64,000 bases of DNA from Candidatus Zixiibacteriota bacterium (GTDB taxonomy: Bacteria > Zixibacteria > MSB-5A5 > GN15 > JAAZOE01), in NCBI GenBank assembly GCA_043819555.1, contig JBDREQ010000073.1, positions 96,001 through 160,000 on the forward strand. The letters run 5' to 3'. The notes beneath the pieces were generated by a model that had not been told where the DNA came from, did not search any database, and saw only the letters and a program-made list of their open reading frames with translations. The position numbers were made by a program, and so were the translations under genes. Below are positions 48,768 through 58,900 of this stretch, one piece after another. Position 1 is the first letter of the stretch. Each line of letters starts with the position of its first letter.

Positions 48768-49853
48768 ATGACTGTTGACAGCCTATATTTTGACATGGTG
48801 CGGCGGGCAATCCGGTTGGCCAGGCGAGCTCAGGGTTATACCTCCCCAAATCCCGCCGTCGGGGCGGTACTCTTTGATGAAAATGGAATAATCTCCGAAG
48901 GATATCATAAAAAGGCGGGACTGGCGCATGCCGAAATAATAGCCATTGAAAGGGCCGGCGGTAAAGCCAGAGGCGCTTCTCTTGCCGTTAGTCTTGAACC
49001 GTGCTGTCATACCGGTCGAACCGGCCCATGCACAAAGGCAATTGCAGCAGCCGGAATCAAGCGAGTCATTTATGCCGTTAAAGATCCCAATTGCAAAGTT
49101 AACGGTGGAGGAAGGGAGTATTTGAGGGAACAAGGGATTGATGTCATCTCAAATATATGTCGGGAAGAGGCCCTTATACTTAATGAAGATTATTTTCATT
49201 ATCATAATACCGGCCGCCCCTTTGTTGTGTTGAAAATGGCCCAAACTCTGGATGGCAGGATTGCAACCGCGACCGGCGAATCTAAATGGATATCCGCGAA
49301 GAAGGCACGAGCGTTCGCGCATCGACTAAGGGCACGGTATGATGCTGTGGCGGTTGGTTCCGGGACGGTAAAAGCTGATAATCCATCATTGACGGTCAGG
49401 CATGTTAAAGGAAAGAATCCCTATCGTATTATCCTGACGGCTTCAGGGAAACTGGCCTCCAATATTAATCTGTTTGAGAATAATGATGATAACAAGACGA
49501 TTGTGGCCGCCCCCGCCAATATCCTTAAGAAAATGAATTTTAATAAAGTTGTCGGCTGGTCCATTAGTAAGACGAAGAATGGGATTAATCTTTTGGATCT
49601 TTTGGAACATGCCGGTAAAGAAGGTATAATGTCAATCTTATTTGAGGGTGGAGCCCGGATTGCGACGGAGCTATTTAGTAAGCGGATGGTTAATAAATTT
49701 TATCTTAGTTGTTCACCTGTTTTGATTGGCAAAGGTCTTAATTCAATTGGCGAATTAGGTATAAAAAATATTCCGGATGGCATTAAATTTAGAAACAGTT
49801 CTTTTAGAAAAATGGGAACGGATATTCTTTTCAGCGGTTATCCGGTGTGGTGA
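48768..49853 (+). CDS. ribD: Riboflavin biosynthesis deaminase/reductase RibD
   Basis: SPNPAVG, HAE, LEPCCHTGRTGPC, TLDGRIA, FEGG. Confidence 0.96.
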   Translation: MTVDSLYFDMVRRAIRLARRAQGYTSPNPAVGAVLFDENGIISEGYHKKAGLAHAEIIAIERAGGKARGASLAVSLEPCCHTGRTGPCTKAIAAAGIKRVIYAVKDPNCKVNGGGREYLREQGIDVISNICREEALILNEDYFHYHNTGRPFVVLKMAQTLDGRIATATGESKWISAKKARAFAHRLRARYDAVAVGSGTVKADNPSLTVRHVKGKNPYRIILTASGKLASNINLFENNDDNKTIVAAPANILKKMNFNKVVGWSISKTKNGINLLDLLEHAGKEGIMSILFEGGARIATELFSKRMVNKFYLSCSPVLIGKGLNSIGELGIKNIPDGIKFRNSSFRKMGTDILFSGYPVW

Positions 49854-49854
49854 T

Positions 49855-50493
49855 ATGTTTACGGGATTAATTGAAAGCATAGGCATTATAAAAAATATTT
49901 CCTGGCGCGGAAATTATCGAGTGATAACTATCTCGCCCGAACCGCGGTTTGAAAATATTGCCATGGGAGAATCGATTGCCGTTTCCGGTCCATGTTTAAC
50001 AGTATCTGGATTTGATAAGAATTCCTTTACGGTAGAAGCCTCACAGGAGACTACCAAAATAACAACTATTAAACATCTTCGAATTGGTAATCATGTTAAT
50101 CTTGAGAGGGCGCTTCGAACCGATGGAAGACTTGGCGGACATTTTGTTTCAGGCCATATTGATTGTAAGCTGAAAATTATTGACATTTCAAAAATCGGGG
50201 AAAGCCGGCAGATAAAAATTGATCTGCCTGATAAATATGCCGCCTATGTAATAGATAAGGGCTCAATTTGTCTTGATGGTGTCAGCTTAACAGTGGCCAA
50301 TTTGGGAAAGAATAATTTTATGGTCAATCTTATCCCGGAGACGCAAAAGCGGACAACCTTATATAACAAAAAAACCGGGGACGAACTAAATATCGAGTTT
50401 GATTTAATCGGCAAGTATATCCTGCGACATTTGGATAGAGTATCAAATCCCGAAAAATTGTCGGTTGAATCTATACGAAAAATGGGTTTTTAG
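49855..50493 (+). CDS. ribE: Riboflavin synthase alpha chain
   Basis: MFTGLI start, VNLERAL, GGHFVSGHID, KGSICLDGVSLT. Confidence 0.96.
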   Translation: MFTGLIESIGIIKNISWRGNYRVITISPEPRFENIAMGESIAVSGPCLTVSGFDKNSFTVEASQETTKITTIKHLRIGNHVNLERALRTDGRLGGHFVSGHIDCKLKIIDISKIGESRQIKIDLPDKYAAYVIDKGSICLDGVSLTVANLGKNNFMVNLIPETQKRTTLYNKKTGDELNIEFDLIGKYILRHLDRVSNPEKLSVESIRKMGF

Positions 50494-50512
50494 ATTAGAA
50501 TAGAGGTGTTGC

Positions 50513-51709
50513 ATGACTGAGTTTTGTACCGTAGAAGAAGCAATTGAAGAAATAAAATCCGGTAAAATGGTTATTGTGGTTGATGATGAGGATCGTGAGA
50601 ATGAAGGCGATTTTATTATGGCCGCCGAGATGGTTACTCCGGAAGCCGTTAATTTCATAAGCAAGCATGGCCGTGGATTAATTTGTGCGCCTTTAACGCG
50701 CGAGCGGTTGGAGAAGCTCGATCTTGATGCGATGGTTCAACGCAACACGGCGCTACATGGTACCCGATTTACCGTTTCAGTTGATGCCGTTAACGGTACG
50801 ACTACCGGAATTTCGGCCTTTGATCGGGCGAGGACTATTAAATTGTTGATAGATGAAGATACCAAACCGGAAGATCTTGGCCGACCCGGTCATATATTCC
50901 CCCTGCAGGCTTTGGATGGCGGAGTACTGGCTCGGGCGGGACATACCGAAGCATCAGTTGATTTGGCGCGTTTGGCCGGATTTGCACCGGCGGGCGTGCT
51001 ATGCGAAATTATTGACGATGACGGCAATATGGCTCGGGTACCGCGTTTGTTGGAAATGGCCGATGAATTTAATCTTAAAATTACTACCGTACAGGATTTA
51101 ATTGAATATCGAAGGCATCATGAAAAACTAATAACCAAGGTCCTTGAGGTCAAACTGCCGACATGCTGGGGTGAATTCCAACTGCATCTCTATAAAAGCG
51201 ATATTGATGACCATCATCATTTAGCTCTCGCCAAAGGAGATGTGTCGGGCAAAGAAAACGTTTTGGTCAGAGTGCATTCGCAATGTCTGACGGGCGATGT
51301 TTTTGGCTCTTCCCGCTGTGATTGTGGCGATCAATTGGCCTTTGCGATGCAGATGATTGAAAAGGAGGGAATGGGTGTTCTTCTGTATATGCGGCAGGAG
51401 GGGAGGGGCATCGGATTGGTTAATAAACTTAAAGCATATGTACTGCAGGAAAAAGGCCGCGACACAGTTCAGGCCAACGAAGAGCTTGGTTTTAAGGCTG
51501 ATTTGAGGGATTACGGAATTGGGGCTCAGATTCTTAAGGATATGGGACTTTCGACTATTCGCATAATCACCAATAACCCCCGCAAATTGATTGGACTGCA
51601 AGGGCACGGTCTCGAAATAACTGATCGGGTTCCGGTTCTCTGTGAACCAAATAAGCATAACCAATTTTATTTGGAAACGAAACGCGATAAACTTGGGCAT
51701 TTATTGTAA
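50513..51709 (+). CDS. ribBA: Bifunctional DHBP synthase / GTP cyclohydrolase II
   Basis: [44 protein letters not shown]. Confidence 0.98.
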   Translation: MTEFCTVEEAIEEIKSGKMVIVVDDEDRENEGDFIMAAEMVTPEAVNFISKHGRGLICAPLTRERLEKLDLDAMVQRNTALHGTRFTVSVDAVNGTTTGISAFDRARTIKLLIDEDTKPEDLGRPGHIFPLQALDGGVLARAGHTEASVDLARLAGFAPAGVLCEIIDDDGNMARVPRLLEMADEFNLKITTVQDLIEYRRHHEKLITKVLEVKLPTCWGEFQLHLYKSDIDDHHHLALAKGDVSGKENVLVRVHSQCLTGDVFGSSRCDCGDQLAFAMQMIEKEGMGVLLYMRQEGRGIGLVNKLKAYVLQEKGRDTVQANEELGFKADLRDYGIGAQILKDMGLSTIRIITNNPRKLIGLQGHGLEITDRVPVLCEPNKHNQFYLETKRDKLGHLL

Positions 51710-51729
51710 ATATTGTAAGGAGGATAAAG

Positions 51730-52206
51730 ATGCCAGCAAAAACATATATAGGACAGTTAAGCGGTAAGGGGCAAAAACACGCCATTATTGTAAGTCGTTT
51801 TAATGAACTATTGACTTCGAAATTATTGGAAGGCGCTCTTGATTGCCTGATTCGTCACGGGGTTGCAGACAAAGATATCAGCGTCATCTGGGTTCCGGGT
51901 TCATTTGAAACACCATATGCGGCTCAACAGGCGGCCCTGACCAAAAAATATGATGCCGTTTTATGTCTGGGAGCGCTTATCAGGGGGGATACGCCTCATT
52001 TTGATTATATCGCGGCCGAGGCATCAAAAGGAATCGCGAATATTGCGTTGCAGACCAAATTGCCGGTTATATTCGGAATTGTAACGGCCGATACTCTGGA
52101 TCAGGCCATTGAACGCGCCGGGACCAAAGCCGGGAATAAAGGCTGGGACGGCGCTTTGTCAGCGATCGAGATGGTTGATTTGTACAAGCAGATTGATAAG
52201 GCATGA
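51730..52206 (+). CDS. ribH: 6,7-dimethyl-8-ribityllumazine synthase
   Basis: [23 protein letters not shown]. Confidence 0.98.
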   Translation: MPAKTYIGQLSGKGQKHAIIVSRFNELLTSKLLEGALDCLIRHGVADKDISVIWVPGSFETPYAAQQAALTKKYDAVLCLGALIRGDTPHFDYIAAEASKGIANIALQTKLPVIFGIVTADTLDQAIERAGTKAGNKGWDGALSAIEMVDLYKQIDKA

Positions 52207-52610
52207 CAAAAAGACGACAGGCGCGGGAATTTATTCTCAAGGTTTTATACTCGTACGAAATCCTTAATCGTGATTTTGAGGAAATAATTGAGGATATGCT
52301 AAAAGAAAGCTCAATTGGTGAAGGGCAAATGCCGTTTATCCAATCGTATCTGGAAAGCGCAATAAAAAACCTTGAGTTTCTGGATCTAGAGATAGAGAGG
52401 CTGGCCGAAAACTGGAAGTTGGAGAGAATTGCGATCATCGACCGGGTAATTTTACGAATGGGATTATGCGAACTTCATTTCATACCGGATATTCCCGAAA
52501 AGGTTTCCATTAATGAGGCTGTTGATTTGGCCAAAAAATACAGCACTTCTGATTCCAGTTCATTCGTCAATGGAATTTTGGATGCGGCCTTAACCGAAAT
52601 AAAACAGTAA
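52203..52610 (+). CDS. nusB: Transcription antitermination factor NusB
   Basis: [27 protein letters not shown]. Confidence 0.96.
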   Translation: MTKRRQAREFILKVLYSYEILNRDFEEIIEDMLKESSIGEGQMPFIQSYLESAIKNLEFLDLEIERLAENWKLERIAIIDRVILRMGLCELHFIPDIPEKVSINEAVDLAKKYSTSDSSSFVNGILDAALTEIKQ

Positions 52611-52645
52611 TTAGAAAATCTTAAGCAATTGTTATTAAGACAAAT

Positions 52646-52677
52646 AGGCGGGCAATAATAGCGCCCCGCCTTTTTTT
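52646..52677 (+). terminator. Intrinsic terminator of the rib-nusB operon
   Basis: AGGCGGG...CCCGCCT followed by a T run. Confidence 0.8.
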
Positions 52678-52773
52678 AAGGCTGGACATAGATAAATTTT
52701 GTGTTATATTTACTCCCTTCAAAGTATAACAAATAGTTATGAGCCGTTTTAAATCGGAAGAGAGCAATTAATT

Positions 52774-55233
52774 TTGGCGATAAAAGACGATTATCTGCAT
52801 AAAGCCGTTGCCGGCGCGCTATTTATAATTTCCCTGATAATTCTTAATATGACAAAAGCCCCGACCCTGTCTTTTTGGGATTGTGGCGAATTTATAACGT
52901 GCGCACATATTTTGGGAATTCCTCATCCTCCCGGAAATCCCCTGTGGGTTATTCTCGGCCGGATATTCAGCATAATTCCTTTTCACGTAGATATCCCTGC
53001 CCGTATAAATATGTTCTCTGCGGTTAGCGGCGCATTTGCCGTTATGTTCGCGTATCTGGTAACGCACAAATTGATAAATATGTGGTGGAAGTCGGAGCAA
53101 GTCGATAACTGGAGAAAATATACGGCATATTCCGGAGCAATTGTCGGCAGTATGATGTTTGGATTTTCACAAACCCAATGGAATAATTCTGTCGAAACAG
53201 AAGTCTATACGCCGGCGATGTTTTTAATGATAGTTATTATCTGGTTATTACTCCGATGGATTGAGAATCGGGAAAAACCGTCTTCAGTCAGGTATTTAAT
53301 ATTAATAAATTTCCTGGCGTTTTTATCCATCGGCATTCACCTGACGACGTTTTTAATAATGCCCGCAGTTTTTCTTACAGTTGTTTTATATTCAGCTCGA
53401 TTGAGAAAAGAAATAGTGTTTTATATTACAGGATTCTGTCTTGTCCTGGTTGCCCATAATATAGATATGTTTTTATGGTCAACGGGGATATGGCTGCTGG
53501 TCGTTATTTTTGGTGTTATGTTTTCCCGGAAACAGATCTGGAAGTTTTCCCTGGCTTTGATATTGGTGGCCATTGTGGGATATTCAGTACAAATTTATTC
53601 TCCGATTCGTTCCGCTCAAAAACCGGTCATCAATCAAAACGATCCATCCTACTCATTTACAAACTTCAAGAATTTTCTCGAACGCCGACAATACGGACGC
53701 GAGTCAATGATTGAGCGCGCTATGTCGAGGAGGGCGGAGCTAAAAAATCAATTTGGGATTTTCCCTCGTATGGGATTTTGGGGATTCTTTTCAAAGCAAT
53801 ATGGAATAAACGGGCGTTCTTTCGCGTTTTTATTTGTTTTAGGATTATTGGGAATATGGGAATTGATACGGAGGCGAACGATGATTGGAATTCCCTTTTT
53901 TATCCTCATAATTCTTGGAACCGTATTTTTGGTCTGGTATATGAATTTTGCCGATGGCACCAGAATAGATCCGTTAACCGGCGACGGGGGACTTGAAGTG
54001 CGCGATCGTGATTATTTCTTCACTCCAGGATTTGTTCTCTTCGGATTGGCAATAGGATTGGGAGTAGCCGGCTTGATGGAGATGGCTCGCGAGTCGATAT
54101 TATTTAAATCAAAAATGCTTCGCCGTGCGACCATGTCTATTCTGTCATTGCTGATATTACTCGGCGCTGTTCCGGTAGCCGCCAATTACTACGTCTCCGA
54201 CCGTTCCGGCAACTATATACCTTATGACTTTGCATATAATAATTTGATATCATGCGATCCCAATGCAATATTATTTATCGGCGGCGACAACGATACTTTC
54301 CCAGTCTGGTGCCTGCAAAATGTTTATAAATTCAGAACCGATGTGACAGCTGTAAACCTTTCTCTGGCCAATATGGATTGGTATATCAGACAGATTCGGG
54401 ATATAAAAAAGATACCAATCAGATGGACGGATTCTCAAATAAGTAATTTGAGACATCGCTTACTGGAGGGTCAGGTGCGGTATCGAATTCAGGATCAGGT
54501 TCATGATGAAATTTTGGCTGTAAATCGTTGGCAAAGGCCGATTCATTATTCAATATCGATTCCACCGAGTATGCGGCAGTATAAGGGCCGGCCCATTGAC
54601 GACAGGATTGTGATGCAGGGGATGGTCGATCGACTTGAGCCGGGACAAAGGTCCGGGCGAATTGATTTGGAAAAGGCCAAAGACCTGTATTTCAATAAAT
54701 TCAAATTTCGCTCTATTAGTGATGATAGGATATATAAAGATGAACGAACAAGGGCTTTAACCGGAAATTATACCGCCGGCCTATCATTAATGGCTGATTC
54801 ATTGCGCAAATTGGGACAACTCGAGGAAGCAATAAAGCTTGCCGAATATAGTACAAAGATCGTTCCTTTTGATGTCGGCGCATATAATTATCTTGCTCAA
54901 CTTTATGTCGAATCCGGACAGGATTATTTGGTTGATTCAATTGTCAATTTAATACCTCGTGAACGGGCTGTCGAAATGTACTATACCTGTGCTACGGTTT
55001 ATGATAAAATCGGAAATCGAAAGCAAGCCAAAGAAATAATAAGTGCTACTCTGGATACATTTCCACATTTTTATAACGGTTTTCGACTTTATTCACAGTG
55101 GCTGTTTGAGGACCAGGAGTGGAATCGAATGAGAACTGTAATCGCAGACTGGCTGAAAAACAATCCAGATGATCCGGATGCGCTTAACATAATGAAATCG
55201 CTGAAATCTTTACCCTCCAGCCAAAATGATTAA
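52774..55233 (+). CDS. DUF2723 / TMEM260-like GT-C membrane glycosyltransferase with C-terminal TPRs
   Basis: SFWDCGEF...GIPHPPG, ETEVY, VRDRDYFF and GDNDTFP; many TM helices; TPR tail. Confidence 0.85.
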   Translation: MAIKDDYLHKAVAGALFIISLIILNMTKAPTLSFWDCGEFITCAHILGIPHPPGNPLWVILGRIFSIIPFHVDIPARINMFSAVSGAFAVMFAYLVTHKLINMWWKSEQVDNWRKYTAYSGAIVGSMMFGFSQTQWNNSVETEVYTPAMFLMIVIIWLLLRWIENREKPSSVRYLILINFLAFLSIGIHLTTFLIMPAVFLTVVLYSARLRKEIVFYITGFCLVLVAHNIDMFLWSTGIWLLVVIFGVMFSRKQIWKFSLALILVAIVGYSVQIYSPIRSAQKPVINQNDPSYSFTNFKNFLERRQYGRESMIERAMSRRAELKNQFGIFPRMGFWGFFSKQYGINGRSFAFLFVLGLLGIWELIRRRTMIGIPFFILIILGTVFLVWYMNFADGTRIDPLTGDGGLEVRDRDYFFTPGFVLFGLAIGLGVAGLMEMARESILFKSKMLRRATMSILSLLILLGAVPVAANYYVSDRSGNYIPYDFAYNNLISCDPNAILFIGGDNDTFPVWCLQNVYKFRTDVTAVNLSLANMDWYIRQIRDIKKIPIRWTDSQISNLRHRLLEGQVRYRIQDQVHDEILAVNRWQRPIHYSISIPPSMRQYKGRPIDDRIVMQGMVDRLEPGQRSGRIDLEKAKDLYFNKFKFRSISDDRIYKDERTRALTGNYTAGLSLMADSLRKLGQLEEAIKLAEYSTKIVPFDVGAYNYLAQLYVESGQDYLVDSIVNLIPRERAVEMYYTCATVYDKIGNRKQAKEIISATLDTFPHFYNGFRLYSQWLFEDQEWNRMRTVIADWLKNNPDDPDALNIMKSLKSLPSSQND

Positions 55234-55254
55234 GTTTCACAGGGGAAATAATTC

Positions 55255-56367
55255 GTGAATATTTTAGCCCTTAATTGGCAGGACTTAAAAAACCCGATGT
55301 CGGGAGGAGCCGAGGTTCATCTGGAGGAATTACTCCGACGGATTGCGGTCTTAGGTCACTCAGTTACGTTATTATGTTCTAATTACATAGGCGGATTATC
55401 TGAAGAATTAGTTGAAGGCGTAAAGATTATTCGAACGGGTAACCGGTACAACTTTAATCTGGTAGCTCCTTTTCATCTCAGACAACTGATTAAGAATGAG
55501 AAGTTTGATCTATTCCTTGAAGATATCAATAAGATCCCGTTTTATTCCCCGTTATATTTGGATTTGCCTACGATTGTCGTAATTCCTCATCTTTTTTCAA
55601 CGGCGGTATTTCAGGAAATTAATTTTATTCTGGGAAGCTATATATATCTTGCGGAAAAACCTCTTACGCGGATTTATCGCAAAAAACAATTTTGTGTGAT
55701 ATCTGAATCGACGGCAGGAGATATTATGGCCCGCGGAATTCCGAAAGAAAATATTTCCGTAATTCATTGCGGCATTGATCGGGGGCTATATAACAACAGC
55801 AGAGGATTTCAAAAATTCGATTATCCTTCAATCTTATATCTGGGCCGAATCAAAAAATATAAATCAGTCCAACATCTGATATCTGCCTTTGCATTAGTAA
55901 AAAAAATAATGCCCAACGCAAGACTGACGGTGATTGGAGCCGGAGACTATCTCGAAATCCTTAAGGAGCAGGCTCAGGAATTGAAATTGACGGACTCTGT
56001 GGAGTTTCCGGGTTTTGTATCCGAGGAGACAAAAGTAGAATACCTGTGTCGCTCTCATGTGATGGTATATCCATCTCTTAAAGAAGGATGGGGATTGACA
56101 AATATTGAGGCCAATAGCTGCGGCACAACCGTAATTGCGGCTAATACCCCCGGGTTGTGTGATTCGGTTAAGCATGATATTAGCGGATTATTATATGAAT
56201 ATGGCAATATTGCGGAGTTATCCGACAAAATCATTATGATTCTAAGTGATGATGACAAAAGGAAAGTATTGGAGAGAGGCGGCCTGAATTGGGCGGAACA
56301 GTTTAATTGGGATATGGCGGCTGACAGGTTCCTTGCTTTATGCAAAGAGGTTGCCCGAGAAAAATGA
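55255..56367 (+). CDS. GT4 family glycosyltransferase
   Basis: GGAEVH, LYLGRIKKYK, PSLKEGWGLTNIEA (EX7E). Confidence 0.92.
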   Translation: MNILALNWQDLKNPMSGGAEVHLEELLRRIAVLGHSVTLLCSNYIGGLSEELVEGVKIIRTGNRYNFNLVAPFHLRQLIKNEKFDLFLEDINKIPFYSPLYLDLPTIVVIPHLFSTAVFQEINFILGSYIYLAEKPLTRIYRKKQFCVISESTAGDIMARGIPKENISVIHCGIDRGLYNNSRGFQKFDYPSILYLGRIKKYKSVQHLISAFALVKKIMPNARLTVIGAGDYLEILKEQAQELKLTDSVEFPGFVSEETKVEYLCRSHVMVYPSLKEGWGLTNIEANSCGTTVIAANTPGLCDSVKHDISGLLYEYGNIAELSDKIIMILSDDDKRKVLERGGLNWAEQFNWDMAADRFLALCKEVAREK

Positions 56368-57368
56368 GCACAAGAACGAAAAAAATCTTAATGCAAATTG
56401 CCGGAATTATCATTTCAGTGTCTCTTTTGTTCTACCTATTCTATAGAGTTGATTACACCGAACTTTCCGGAGCTCTAAAAGATGCCAATTACTGGTGGTT
56501 GATTCCGAATGTTATTCTCATTATGGTTACGATGGTATTCAGGGGATTGCGATGGAAGCATATGTTTTCACCGATAAAGAATATCCCTTTCTCAAGATTG
56601 TTTTCGATTACGGTGATTGGATTTATGGCTAATAATGTTCTGCCTTTTCGTTTGGGTGAATTCGTTCGGGCCTATTCACTGTCGGTCAAAGAGGATGTAT
56701 CGAAATCAGCTTCGCTGGCGACAATATTTGTTGAGAGAATTGTGTTTGATTTGCTGGCTTTGTTAATCATATTTTCCGGTGTCCTTTTTGTCTCTCCGTT
56801 AATTCTCAATCAACAGCTGAAATTTGGAGCCGTGGTAACAATTATCGTCGGACTTTTGGGATTATTATTTACAGTGTATCTGAGTCGTCGGGGGAAACGA
56901 GAAAGTCATATCCTGAAGAGATTACTTAATATTATGCCGAAAAAGATTCGCCCCCATGTCGATGACGCGGTAAAAAGATTTGCATCCGGGATGGAATTTA
57001 TGAGGGATTGGCGCAGTATATTCTGGACAACTTATCATACTTTTATGATCTGGATGATAATGGGGATTTCAAATTATTTCATTCTCCTCGCGTTTGGACT
57101 GGAACTCCCTCTGGCGGCATCTTTTGTGATTTTAGTTGTTGTATCCATTCTCATAATGGTACCTGCCTCTCCGGGATTTATCGGCGTATATCATTATGGG
57201 GCGGTGTTATCATTAGGATTTTACAATATTGATCAATCGACAGCGTTATCCTGTTCCATAGTCATGCATGCCGCTCAGTATTCGGTCGTAACGCTGGTCG
57301 GATTTTATTATCTGCGCAAAGAGCATCTTTCATTAAAACAAATTGAAAAAGAAGCAGAATCTAATTAG
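56364..57368 (+). CDS. UPF0104 / lysylphosphatidylglycerol-synthase TM-region flippase-like protein
   Basis: RGLRW, GFMANNVLPFRLGEFVR, VERIVFD, PASPGFIG. Confidence 0.88.
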   Translation: MSTRTKKILMQIAGIIISVSLLFYLFYRVDYTELSGALKDANYWWLIPNVILIMVTMVFRGLRWKHMFSPIKNIPFSRLFSITVIGFMANNVLPFRLGEFVRAYSLSVKEDVSKSASLATIFVERIVFDLLALLIIFSGVLFVSPLILNQQLKFGAVVTIIVGLLGLLFTVYLSRRGKRESHILKRLLNIMPKKIRPHVDDAVKRFASGMEFMRDWRSIFWTTYHTFMIWMIMGISNYFILLAFGLELPLAASFVILVVVSILIMVPASPGFIGVYHYGAVLSLGFYNIDQSTALSCSIVMHAAQYSVVTLVGFYYLRKEHLSLKQIEKEAESN

Positions 57369-57418
57369 GCGCCTTCTCATAAATTTCTTTTACCCTTTGC
57401 CGCTAAAACATTCTAATC

Positions 57419-57447
57419 TTGACTTAATATATACAAATCTATATTAT
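57419..57447 (+). promoter_or_regulatory. sigma70-type promoter
   Basis: TTGACT-N17-TATTAT just upstream of the GGAGG RBS. Confidence 0.55.
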
Positions 57448-57463
57448 TTTAGTGGAGGATAAC

Positions 57464-57994
57464 ATGAAGAAATACATTCTCGTCGTTGTACTGGTGCTAA
57501 TATTAGTGAGTATAGCTTATATCAAGGCCATTTATTCAACGCAGGAAAGACAAAAGGTTCAGGATATTTCTCAGAATGATGAGTATATCGGTGAAGCTGA
57601 CCTGGAAAAAATGGCCGATTCGCTCAGATTGTTTTTCGTGGATTCGGTCTATGCGGCGTTGTCTGATTCCATAAGCGTTTTGAGTGATACTTCCGATTCG
57701 AATGAGAAAATTGCAAAATTGAATCAAACCATTGATTCCCTTGAAAATTCATATAAAAGCCTGGATGCCAAATTTGACAGAACAAATAGCGAATTAAAAA
57801 ATGCGAAAGACGATTATTCTGGGCTGAGGCTAAATTTGGCTGATAAGTACTATAAAGGCGAACTGGCAAATCTTCCCGCGGATTTATCTGATTATGAAAA
57901 ATCCGTGTCCATTAAAGAAATAAAAAACAAAACAAAAAAGTATTTTGATCTCACGACAGAGCAATTGAATGGAATCGCCAAAAAGAATAAATGA
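57464..57994 (+). CDS. Membrane-anchored coiled-coil hypothetical protein
   Basis: GGAGG RBS, one N-terminal hydrophobic helix, heptad-like central region. Confidence 0.7.
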   Translation: MKKYILVVVLVLILVSIAYIKAIYSTQERQKVQDISQNDEYIGEADLEKMADSLRLFFVDSVYAALSDSISVLSDTSDSNEKIAKLNQTIDSLENSYKSLDAKFDRTNSELKNAKDDYSGLRLNLADKYYKGELANLPADLSDYEKSVSIKEIKNKTKKYFDLTTEQLNGIAKKNK

Positions 57995-58040
57995 AGCCAT
58001 TATTAAATCTGAATTGCAATTGGCGGAATAGGATTATTTT

Positions 58041-58370
58041 ATGGCCCGCAAAAAGGAATCTGATTTTGCCGAGATTATTGTTGACCAATTATTCATAGAA
58101 TCATTCCCAGTCGAGTCTTCGGCTTATTACAAAACCAAATCCGAAAAGATTCGAGACCAAAAGTTTGATCAGTTTAGAAATAAATTTCGATGGCATGTAT
58201 CACGCTCGCTAAGTATGCGTCAAAAACAGGTCTTGTTGTTGACAATCGAAGGCAAAAAACAGCGAGAAATAGCTGTAATACTGGGAATCACACAACAGGT
58301 TGTCAGTATTTATAAGCGTCGCGCGCTCAACAAGTTAAAAAATAAATTAACTGTTGAAGTGTATGTATAA
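58041..58370 (+). CDS. Stand-alone sigma70 region-4 / LuxR-type HTH protein
   Basis: LSMRQKQVLLL..EGKKQREIAVILGITQQVVSIYKRRALNKLK. Confidence 0.8.
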   Translation: MARKKESDFAEIIVDQLFIESFPVESSAYYKTKSEKIRDQKFDQFRNKFRWHVSRSLSMRQKQVLLLTIEGKKQREIAVILGITQQVVSIYKRRALNKLKNKLTVEVYV

Positions 58371-58440
58371 TTTCTAATAGACGAGAGGACTAAATTTAGA
58401 AGAGCGCAATACCTATCTCATTACTTTGAATGATAGATCC

Positions 58441-58469
58441 CTCACACTGTAGAAAACATAAAGTATAAT
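58441..58469 (+). promoter_or_regulatory. sigma70-type promoter of the 62-aa ORF
   Basis: CTCACA-N17-TATAAT. Confidence 0.5.
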
Positions 58470-58551
58470 TGGTTGGAGGTGATAATATTGTAAGATTACT
58501 CCCCACGTAATACCGCCATTTATAACATTGTGAACCTCAAGGGGAGGCGTT

Positions 58552-58740
58552 ATGCCGAAGAGAAAAAAGGCAATCAAGTTCGCGAAATTAGGAGAAAAAG
58601 ATTTGTGGCATCCATACGGCTTGCAATCATTGAATTCGGAACGATTTGTCAAAGTGGTTAATCGAATTCTCAAAGGCAAGATCGGTTTATTACCAAGGCG
58701 GCAAATGGCACCGCTGCAAGAGACATTATTCAAAATTTAG
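58552..58740 (+). CDS. Small basic hypothetical protein (62 aa)
   Basis: GGGGAGG RBS, candidate own promoter, sits in an otherwise empty gap. Confidence 0.55.
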   Translation: MPKRKKAIKFAKLGEKDLWHPYGLQSLNSERFVKVVNRILKGKIGLLPRRQMAPLQETLFKI

Positions 58741-58850
58741 GGGTGACACAAACGATCTAATGGTTTCTTACAGAATGAGGGGGGATTCTCGTTGCTGTGA
58801 AATTAAAAATTTATAAAAATAATTGCTGAACTGCGCATGTCGCAAGTTTA

Positions 58851-58883
58851 AAATGTCCCCGTATTTTTAAAACGGGGACATTT
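58851..58883. terminator. Bidirectional terminator-like hairpin
   Basis: AAATGTCCCCGT-N9-ACGGGGACATTT between convergent genes. Confidence 0.8.
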
Positions 58884-58900
58884 GCGTGTGATGAATTTCA

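Noticed and set aside
58413..58733. 106-aa minus-strand ORF
   Set aside because: Antisense to the plus-strand ORF, which has the better RBS and promoter; no motif. An antisense RNA here cannot be excluded.
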